From contig PRDJ01000058.1 in assembly GCA_003345555.1 (NCBI GenBank), positions 1 to 12,249 on the forward strand: a stretch of 12,249 nucleotides of DNA, in the 5' to 3' direction. The position numbers and the translations under genes are program-made. The stretch is from Candidatus Thorarchaeota archaeon. GTDB lineage: Archaea; Asgardarchaeota; Thorarchaeia; Thorarchaeales; Thorarchaeaceae. This document shows, one piece after another, positions 5,951-12,249 of the stretch (position 1 is the stretch's first letter; each line of letters starts with the position of its first letter). The notes under the pieces are model-generated. The model did no database searches. It was not told where the DNA came from and saw nothing but the letters and a program-made list of their open reading frames with translations.

Positions 5951-6763
5951 ATGCCCGAATTCAAGACAATGCTGTACAGCAAAGAGGGCTCGTTCCTTTC
6001 CCCGGTGAAGAACGTAGCCGTTATCAAGTTCAACAGGCTTGACGCCTTGAACGCTATCAATGATCAATTCATTGCAGACCTAATGGCGGCTCTTGACGAG
6101 GCTGAGAAGGACAAGGACGTGAGGTCAGTGGTAATTGGCACTGCTCACGACAAGGTATTCTGCACGGGGGCAGACCTTAAGGTAGCTCAGACATTGCTTG
6201 CCACACCTGAAAAGGTGAGGGTACTGGTGGAGCAGGGCCAGAAGGCGATTGACAAAATTGCGACGCTGAGCAAACCGGTCATCGCTGCCATCCACGGTCT
6301 CTGCTTGGGCGGTGGAACTGAGATTGCACTCGCCTGTGATATCCGAATCGCAGATGAAGAAGCCAAGATTGGCACGCCCGAGGTTGGCCTTGGTCTCTTC
6401 CCAGCTTGGGGTGGCTGTGTAAGATTGCCCCGAGTAATCGGCTTGGGCAAAGCAATGGAACTGATCCTGACCGGAGGCCAAATCACTGCGCAAGAGGCTC
6501 TTGCGGCCGGTCTCGTCAGCAAGGTGACCAAAATTGATGAGCTGATGAGTCAGGCTATGTGGTACGGAGCCAAACTCGGAGGAAATGCTCCAATCGCAAT
6601 GAAGCTTGGCAAGAAGGCTGCCCACATGTCCTTTGAGGGAACCTACGCAGCCAACTTGAAGTATGAAGTCGATGCATGTGTCGAGTGCTTCAAGACAAAG
6701 GACCTCGGTGAAGGTATCGCTGCTCTCTTTGAGAAACGGCGAGGCAAGTTCGTAGGTGCATAG
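5951..6763 (+). CDS. Enoyl-CoA hydratase/isomerase (crotonase) family protein 1
   Basis: NR..ALNA, FCTGADL oxyanion motif, KPVIAAIHGLCLGGGTE, LACDIRIA, TPEVGLG, with both catalytic Glu present. ATG 5951 is preferred (SD spacing); GTG 5939 is the alternative. Confidence 0.95.
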   Translation: MPEFKTMLYSKEGSFLSPVKNVAVIKFNRLDALNAINDQFIADLMAALDEAEKDKDVRSVVIGTAHDKVFCTGADLKVAQTLLATPEKVRVLVEQGQKAIDKIATLSKPVIAAIHGLCLGGGTEIALACDIRIADEEAKIGTPEVGLGLFPAWGGCVRLPRVIGLGKAMELILTGGQITAQEALAAGLVSKVTKIDELMSQAMWYGAKLGGNAPIAMKLGKKAAHMSFEGTYAANLKYEVDACVECFKTKDLGEGIAALFEKRRGKFVGA

Positions 6764-6778
6764 ACGTTAGTGTATCAC

Positions 6779-6815
6779 GACCCCGGATCCATTCCGGGGT
6801 CCCCAACTCTTTTTT
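6779..6815 (+). terminator. GC-rich hairpin + T6 tract after hydratase 1
   Basis: Perfect 9-bp stem GACCCCGGA (6779-6787) / TCCGGGGTC (6793-6801), with TTTTTT at 6810-6815. Confidence 0.7.
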
Positions 6816-6968
6816 GTAGATGTGTGGCTTCTCCCGTTCCAAGTCTGCCGTGCGATTGATTCTCCCTTGTTGTCTGACCATACTCACTCTTCTCCAGAGA
6901 GTGTGCTGCGGCATGTGCAATCGAACTTGCCGGTGTGCGGTCTGTTGAATCGTCAACCTTAAGACTAG

Positions 6969-7016
6969 GTGAACCGGAGTTTCAGACTTAGGACAAGGGT
7001 CTGAAACTAAGTTCAC
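6969..7016. promoter_or_regulatory. Extended inverted repeat upstream of the thiolase
   Basis: AGTTTCAGAC (6978-6987) / GTCTGAAACT (6999-7008) is a perfect 10-bp repeat, flanked by GTGAAC (6969-6974) / GTTCAC (7011-7016). A weak TATA-like CTTAAG is at 6958-6963. Confidence 0.55.
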
Positions 7017-7052
7017 TGTTACAAAGTAGGCTATCCCTACGGAGGACAAGAA

Positions 7053-8222
7053 ATGACTAGAAGAGTTGCAGTAGTGGCCGGTGGCCACGCCAAATTTGGG
7101 AAACGCTATGATGCAACATTGAGAGAGCTCTGCGCCGAGGCCTACAAGCCAATCTATGATGCCGGTATCACTCAGGACCGCATTGATGCGACAGTTCTCT
7201 CTTATGCTGCGTCACAGTTCACGGGTCAAGGTGCTGGATCTGCTCTGATGGCTGACTCCATAGGCCTGCAAGAAAAGCCTCATCTTAGATGCGAGTCTGC
7301 ATGCGCAACGGGTACAGCCTCTATCCGGGCAGCATACGGTATGGTGGCCTCAGGACTGTATGATGTTATGCTTGTACTTGGAGCTGAGCAGATGAACAGA
7401 GTATCATCTGCGACGGCAACTGAGTACATGTCGCGCGCTGGAGACATGCGTTGGGAGTATCCATTTGGCATATCCTTTCCGGCATTCTATGCGTTGCTAG
7501 CTTCACGATACATGGCTGAATACAAGATGCCACATGACGTACTCGCCAAGATTTCCGTGAAGTCTCACCACTATGGTGCACAGAACCCGAAAGCCCATCT
7601 GCCCAAGGAGGTAACCTTTGAGGAGGCAAACAATGCAGTCCCGATAGCCAGACCATTGAATCTGTATGACTGCAGCCTGATCACAGATGGCGCGGCCGCA
7701 GTTGTGCTTGTTGCCGAGCCGCGTGTCAAAGAGTTCACTGATCAACCCATGTGGATCAAGGGACTAGGAGCTGGCGCATCAGAAATGATGATTCAGGATC
7801 GTCCAAGTCTGACATCCATACCTGGGGCAAAGAGGGCTGCTGCCGCCGCGTACAAGATGGCAGGTCTTCAGCCAAAGGACATCAACATGGCCGAGGTACA
7901 TGACTGCTTCTCGATTGCAGAGCTGGTCGCTTACGAGGATCTTGGGTTCGCGCAACCCGGCAAGGGCAGAGAGCTCATCGAGAATAAGGAAGTGTATCAC
8001 ACGGGACGGATACCTGTCAACTGTGACGGTGGTCTCAAGAGCAAGGGCCATCCTCTGGGTGCCACGGGAGTCTCAATGACTTACGAAGTCATGGCTCAGA
8101 TGAGAGGAAAGGCCGACAAGCCTTCGAGGCAGATCAAGAATGTGAAGTACGGCCTCGTACACAATGTAGGTCAGAGCGGACAGTTTGTGAACGTAATCAT
8201 CTACGAGAGAGGTTGGTCGTAA
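7053..8222 (+). CDS. Thiolase (archaeal/SCP2-type acetyl-CoA C-acyltransferase), 389 aa
   Basis: SD GGAGG at 7041-7045. Nucleophile motif CESACATG, plus DCSLITDGAAA, EVHDCF, GGLKSKGHPLGATG and HNVG. HDCF in place of NEAF marks the SCP2/archaeal type. Confidence 0.95.
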   Translation: MTRRVAVVAGGHAKFGKRYDATLRELCAEAYKPIYDAGITQDRIDATVLSYAASQFTGQGAGSALMADSIGLQEKPHLRCESACATGTASIRAAYGMVASGLYDVMLVLGAEQMNRVSSATATEYMSRAGDMRWEYPFGISFPAFYALLASRYMAEYKMPHDVLAKISVKSHHYGAQNPKAHLPKEVTFEEANNAVPIARPLNLYDCSLITDGAAAVVLVAEPRVKEFTDQPMWIKGLGAGASEMMIQDRPSLTSIPGAKRAAAAAYKMAGLQPKDINMAEVHDCFSIAELVAYEDLGFAQPGKGRELIENKEVYHTGRIPVNCDGGLKSKGHPLGATGVSMTYEVMAQMRGKADKPSRQIKNVKYGLVHNVGQSGQFVNVIIYERGWS

Positions 8223-8638
8223 TGGCAACTGAGCATGAAATCTACTTGGGTTATTCAACGGACAAGGCAGTTACCCCGTTCTTCAAGCAATTCCTTGAGT
8301 CTCTCGAGAAGAACAAGCTGATGAAGGGCGTCTGCCCTAAGTGCAAGAAGGAATACCTTCCGCCAAGGCAGTATTGCCAGAAGGACCTGACTGAATGCCA
8401 GCTGGTAGAATTCACTGAGCGCGAAGCAAAGCTCTATTCTTTCGTTATAGTTGACTTTGCTCCGGAGAGCATGGCCTCTCGCGCGCCCTATGTCGTTGCC
8501 ATTGGAGAGTTTCCGTCCGGTCGAAGGCTCACTGCACATATTACCAACTTGACGAGCGAGCCCCAGGTTGGCATGAAACTGAAACTCGGTTTCGAGCGCG
8601 TCTCAGATAAGATGGTCACGTATAAGTGGCAAGTCTAG
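8222..8638 (+). CDS. DUF35-type Zn-ribbon + OB-fold protein (thiolase partner)
   Basis: ATG overlaps the thiolase stop (TAATG, 8220-8224). CPKC...PPRQYCQKD rubredoxin-like ribbon, then LYSF..V..AP...PYVVAIGE OB-fold. Confidence 0.92.
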   Translation: MATEHEIYLGYSTDKAVTPFFKQFLESLEKNKLMKGVCPKCKKEYLPPRQYCQKDLTECQLVEFTEREAKLYSFVIVDFAPESMASRAPYVVAIGEFPSGRRLTAHITNLTSEPQVGMKLKLGFERVSDKMVTYKWQV

Positions 8639-8659
8639 AACGTCAGAGTGTGACACAAT

Positions 8660-8695
8660 GGAGGGTCGTCGACTATCGGCGACCCCTTCCTTTTG
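8660..8695 (+). terminator. GC-rich hairpin + pyrimidine/T tract after DUF35
   Basis: GGGTCGTCGA (8663-8672) / TCGGCGACCC (8676-8685), 10 bp with one G-U pair, followed by CTTCCTTTT. Confidence 0.6.
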
Positions 8696-8768
8696 AATGA
8701 CCTTCTCCATTCTTTTCTGTTCGCATCTATTATCATTCGCAGTAGATCTGTTTCTTCTAGGCCGAACG

Positions 8769-8775
8769 CTTAATA
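8769..8775 (+). promoter_or_regulatory. TATA-like element for enoyl-CoA hydratase 2
   Basis: CTTAATA preceded by CGAACG, about 45 nt upstream of ATG 8819. GAGG at 8807-8810. Confidence 0.35.
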
Positions 8776-8818
8776 CGCAGTTCCCGGCCTGACACAATAC
8801 ACTAGCGAGGCGAGCAAT

Positions 8819-9607
8819 ATGTCATCCGAACAAGACGTTCTATACCAAGCGGCTGAGGGCGTTGCGACAATAACCATCAATCGCCCAAAGAAGCTTAACG
8901 CGCTGAACTTGGCTGTAATCAAAACAATGAGGGGATTCTTCCAGCAGGCAGAAGAGGACCAGTCCGTCAGAGTTGTCATCCTCACAAGTGCCGAGGACAA
9001 GGCCTTTGCTGCTGGTGCGGACATCACGGAGTTCAAAGATAGGAACTCTAACACTGTCAGACCACTCGTGGAGAGCGGTCAGGAACTCTGCAGGTACATT
9101 GAATCAATGAGCAAACCTGTCATTGCTTCAGTGAATGGATTTGCACTGGGCGGGGGTTGTGAGATAGCGATGGCCTGTGATATCAGGTACGCATCAGCGA
9201 ATGCAAGATTCGGGCAACCCGAGATCAACCTCGGAATCATTCCTGGGTACGGAGGATCTGCTCGACTTCCAAGACTCGTGGGGCTCGGCATCGCCAAGGA
9301 GATGATATACACGGGTGACCAAATCAAAGCCGATGAAGCTCTCCGAATAGGACTGGTCAACAAGGTCTTTGATACGGTTGAAACACTCAGGGCTGAGACC
9401 CTGAAACTGGCAAAGACATTGGTGACAAAACCTGGCGTGGCGATTAGGCTCGCGAAGCAGTCATTGAACAAGGCATGGGAACTGCCCTTGGGGCAGAACC
9501 TGAAGTTCGAGACTGATGTATTCAGGCAGACCTTCGACACCAAGGATAAGGTCGAAGGAGTGGATGCATTCTTATCGAAGCGTCCTGCTAAGTTCTCTCA
9601 CAGGTAG
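8819..9607 (+). CDS. Enoyl-CoA hydratase (crotonase-like) 2, 262 aa
   Basis: NRPKKLNAL, AFAAGADI, KPVIASVNGFALGGGCE, ACDIRYA, FGQPEINLGIIPGYGG, with both catalytic Glu present. Confidence 0.95.
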   Translation: MSSEQDVLYQAAEGVATITINRPKKLNALNLAVIKTMRGFFQQAEEDQSVRVVILTSAEDKAFAAGADITEFKDRNSNTVRPLVESGQELCRYIESMSKPVIASVNGFALGGGCEIAMACDIRYASANARFGQPEINLGIIPGYGGSARLPRLVGLGIAKEMIYTGDQIKADEALRIGLVNKVFDTVETLRAETLKLAKTLVTKPGVAIRLAKQSLNKAWELPLGQNLKFETDVFRQTFDTKDKVEGVDAFLSKRPAKFSHR

Positions 9608-9613
9608 AAATCA

Positions 9614-9634
9614 AGGCGAGGTTCTCCCTCGCCT
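9614..9634. terminator. Hairpin filling the gap between convergent genes, possibly bidirectional
   Basis: AGGCGAGG (9614-9621) / CCTCGCCT (9627-9634) is a perfect 8-bp stem between the + stop (9605-9607) and the - stop (9635-9637). Confidence 0.6.
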
Positions 9635-10570
9635 CTATCTACTGAGGATAATCTTGTCATCTTCGATTGTGATGCGTCCCCGTTTCACGAGTCTATCAAG
9701 ATGCTTTTGCACCATGAACTCTTCGAAGATGTAGTAGATAGGGTGAGGGAACTCGGCGTATATCGTTGGGTGCATAGCGAGCTTCTCCAAGCTCTCAAGA
9801 CCGCTGCGCACTAGCCCTAGTATTATCTCATCACGCTTCTCGAAGGCTGCCAGAAATTCCGCCAGCCTTCCCTGAACGTTATCCGTCACCGGGTTCAACA
9901 GGTGACTGCTTATGCACGTTCTTGGTGATAGCTCCATTATCTTCCTGATAGAAGACTCAAACTGTTCGATGTCACTCACGACATTGCCGTACCATGGACC
10001 GAACCTTGTCAAATCAATGTCCACCACTAACAGAGTGTTGTAGTCGTTTATGGCAAAGCAAGTGTGGTCGTGTGTATGTCCGGGCGTGTGTATGGGAATC
10101 AGTTCAGTCTCTCCACAGTCTATTGGTTTGTTGTCCGAGAAGGTACCCGTCACTCTGTAGTTCGAAGTTACGTGTGGTACCCAAGTGGTTATAGCGGAGA
10201 TCCAATCCGAGTACATAGGATTACCTTTGATTCCGTAATCCTGGACCATTCCTTTGAATGTACGAACTCCCCTCTCGGCCAGCGGGTGACACAGTAATTC
10301 GCATCCTGATTCCTCTTGGAGCTCGGCAGCGTGCCCTTTGTGGTCTATGTGAAAATGCGTTAGCACTATTCGGTCCAAGTCCTTTACAGAATGACCGAGG
10401 TCTGTCAGCGTCTTCACAATGTGGCTTTTGCTTGCTCCAGCATCAACTAAGGTGAGAATCTCATCGTCTATCAGGAGGGCGTTTGCCTCTGGGAATTTGG
10501 CTCTGTTTGCTCCTCGAATTAGATGAACGTGAGGCTGCAGCTCCAAGTGAACAGGGTAATCTTCTGACAT
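9635..10570 (-). CDS. MBL-fold metallo-hydrolase with probable C-terminal winged helix, 311 aa
   Basis: LVDAG, THFHIDH (HxHxDH), HTPGHTHDH, D(IDLTRFGPWYG) and SSH metal ligands. C-terminal MVQKHLDRLVKRGRI resembles LACTB2-type wHTH. Confidence 0.92.
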   Translation of the reverse strand: MSEDYPVHLELQPHVHLIRGANRAKFPEANALLIDDEILTLVDAGASKSHIVKTLTDLGHSVKDLDRIVLTHFHIDHKGHAAELQEESGCELLCHPLAERGVRTFKGMVQDYGIKGNPMYSDWISAITTWVPHVTSNYRVTGTFSDNKPIDCGETELIPIHTPGHTHDHTCFAINDYNTLLVVDIDLTRFGPWYGNVVSDIEQFESSIRKIMELSPRTCISSHLLNPVTDNVQGRLAEFLAAFEKRDEIILGLVRSGLESLEKLAMHPTIYAEFPHPIYYIFEEFMVQKHLDRLVKRGRITIEDDKIILSR

Positions 10571-10677
10571 TCCGTGTAGCCTGAGTCGGATGCTTTGACC
10601 AGATAACTCTCTCCGTCGGATACTTCATATTGTCGATTTGTGCTTCCGTACTGCAGTATTGCCGAATGGTGAGAACC

Positions 10678-12135
10678 ATGAGCCAGCGCGTCTTTGCAGT
10701 ATTTGACATAGGCACAACAGGTGCGAGATCGTGTCTTATTGACGAGGAAGGCCGAGAGCTAAGCAAGGCCTATGAAGAGTATCCTCCGACGCCTCGTGAG
10801 CTGAAGACGCATGAGCAATTGGCTGAGACCTATTGGCGGACCGCTGTCAACACGATGCAGAGGGCATTGGCTGGTCATACATCGGGAGCGCAAGCTGTAG
10901 TGGCCGTTGTGTTGTCCACGACCAGAGATTGCGTGACTCCTATTGACAGAAGGGGACAACCTCTCGCACCGACAGTGACATGGCTTGACAACAGGTCTAC
11001 TGCGAAGGGCAAGGCGATGGCAAAGGAAATCGGCCCCCGAAAAAGCGTAAACAAGATGATGTGGTTCTTGGAGAACAAACCGGATCTCTTTAAGAGAGCC
11101 TACAAGTTCGTGACTCTTGATGCCTTTCTTAATTATCGCCTCTGCGGTGCGATGGTCACTGAACCAGCTAATGCCAGATTCGGACCTATTGACCACGAGA
11201 CACTGAAATGGTCCCAAGAGATTTGTCAGGCAACCGGAATTCCTATGGATAAGCTGGCGGATATCGTCTCTCCGAGTTCAACGATTGGCGAGGTGAGCGC
11301 CGAAGCTGCCAAAGCGACCGGTTTGAGAAAAGGTACAATCGTAATCATGGGCAGCGGTGACCAGCAATGTTCGGCACTTGGAACTGGAACTATCAAGTCC
11401 GGCATAGTCAAGGCGACGACAGGTACTGGCACGTTCGTCATCACGCATACGGATTCGCACGTTGAAGATCCGTATGTAATGTTCAGCAATCCATCCGCGA
11501 TACCGGGAAAATGGATACTGGAAGGGGTTCTTCCGGGCACTGGCATGGCATACAAGTGGTACAGGGATCAATACTGTGAGCACGAGACGGCAATCGCCGC
11601 CCAAACAAACAGGGACCCATATGAAGTCATTGAGGACTCTGCTAAGACCGTGCCAGCTGGTAGCGATGGTATTGTTGTCTTTCCGTTCTTTGCATATGGC
11701 AGGGGCATCATCGACGGCCTCAACTTTGGTCATACAAAGGCTCACTTGGCCCGGGCGATAATGGAGGCCAACGGGTATGGCATCAAGTTCTACATTGACG
11801 CAATGCAGGGTTTGCTTGACTTGGAGTTCGAGGAACTACGAATTGATGGAGGTGGAGCGAACTCCCCCTTGTGGCGGCAGATTCAGGCTGATTGTGCCAA
11901 TAAACCAGTTGTGCTCCCACGTTGTCGTGACTCCACAGCCATTGGGGCCGCCGTACTGGCAGCAGTAGGAACTGGCGTATTCAACTCATATGAAGAAGCG
12001 ATTGAGAATATGTTTCACATAGAAGAGCGAAGGGAGCCTATCCCTGAAAATGTGGCAATCTATGAGCAACGGTACGGTACCTTCAACAAGATTCTCATGG
12101 CTGAGATGGCCGGGATACTTGAGGCCATAAGCTAG
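10678..12135 (+). CDS. FGGY-family carbohydrate/polyol kinase, substrate unknown
   Basis: DIGTTG, W.D.R, GDQQCSALG, TTGTG.F, RAIMEA, DGGGANSPLWRQIQAD and TAIGAA motifs. ATG 10678 with SD GGTGAG at 10668-10673 is preferred over TTG 10630. Confidence 0.92.
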   Translation: MSQRVFAVFDIGTTGARSCLIDEEGRELSKAYEEYPPTPRELKTHEQLAETYWRTAVNTMQRALAGHTSGAQAVVAVVLSTTRDCVTPIDRRGQPLAPTVTWLDNRSTAKGKAMAKEIGPRKSVNKMMWFLENKPDLFKRAYKFVTLDAFLNYRLCGAMVTEPANARFGPIDHETLKWSQEICQATGIPMDKLADIVSPSSTIGEVSAEAAKATGLRKGTIVIMGSGDQQCSALGTGTIKSGIVKATTGTGTFVITHTDSHVEDPYVMFSNPSAIPGKWILEGVLPGTGMAYKWYRDQYCEHETAIAAQTNRDPYEVIEDSAKTVPAGSDGIVVFPFFAYGRGIIDGLNFGHTKAHLARAIMEANGYGIKFYIDAMQGLLDLEFEELRIDGGGANSPLWRQIQADCANKPVVLPRCRDSTAIGAAVLAAVGTGVFNSYEEAIENMFHIEERREPIPENVAIYEQRYGTFNKILMAEMAGILEAIS

Positions 12136-12176
12136 CGCGGATGATGGAAATCGCATTGCCAATATGAAAACGATGT

Positions 12177-12249
12177 CTACCCGCTACGGATGAGCGCTCC
12201 GCCTCTCAACGTGACGGGGCTGCTGCTTTCTTCTTTTCTTCCTCTTCGC
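12177..12249 (-). CDS. Probable 3' end of a convergent gene (partial, frame ambiguous)
   Basis: The - strand is purine-rich and coding-like. The three frames give AKRKKRRKQQPRHVERRSAHP* (stop 12184), RRGRKEESSSPVTLRGGALIRSG* (stop 12177) or EEEEKKKAAAPSR* (stop 12206). I cannot choose between them. Confidence 0.35.
   Translation of the reverse strand, partial: RRGRKEESSSPVTLRGGALIRSG

Noticed and set aside
6820-6948. Cys-rich ORF as a RiPP precursor matured by the nitroreductase (azole-type)
   Set aside because: No YcaO, E1-like, radical SAM, lanthionine or transporter genes are in the window.
6690-7088. 132-aa - strand ORF, and other antisense ORFs over HAD, ECH, thiolase, MBL and FGGY genes
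   Set aside because: They overlap confidently assigned genes on the opposite strand or frame and have no recognisable motifs.
8697-8792. 31-codon hydrophobic + strand ORF after the DUF35 terminator (MTFSILFCSHLLSFAVDLFLLGRTLNTQFPA)
   Set aside because: The hydrophobicity follows from the pyrimidine-rich termination region. It has no SD and overlaps the putative ECH2 promoter.
8651-8798. TGACACAAT repeated at 8651 and 8790; CAGTCATG at 2871 and 5861
   Set aside because: 8-9 nt matches are expected by chance in 12 kb, and their positions relative to promoters are inconsistent.

Overview
Archaeal-looking window (thiolase + DUF35 pair, TATA-like boxes, GGTG/GGAGG ribosome-binding sites, C-terminally anchored surface glycoprotein). 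An Asgard (Thorarchaeia-like) or Bathyarchaeia origin is a guess from gene content only. The left part (266-2699, - strand) is accessory: a 4-TM hypothetical membrane protein, a 22-codon flavodoxin-like gene remnant that ends inside a 29-bp near-palindrome, and a secreted 7-bladed beta-propeller + FN3 + TM-anchor protein built from 156-bp repeats. The centre (2892-9607, + strand) is an acyl-CoA/beta-oxidation-type cluster. It opens with a five-gene operon: atypical nitroreductase-family flavoprotein, two small ribbon-helix-helix-like proteins sharing a QWPFxP motif in swapped domain order, SCP2 lipid carrier, and 3-hydroxyacyl-CoA dehydrogenase. Enoyl-CoA hydratase 1, SCP2-type thiolase + DUF35 and enoyl-CoA hydratase 2 follow. 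No acyl-CoA dehydrogenase, ETF, acyl-CoA ligase or HMG-CoA synthase is present in the window. On the right are a divergent MBL-fold hydrolase (-) and FGGY kinase (+). Most + strand transcription units end in a GC-rich hairpin. The best candidate for an undescribed system is the nitroreductase/RHH-pair/SCP2/HAD operon. All family calls come from motif recognition by eye; no searches were run.
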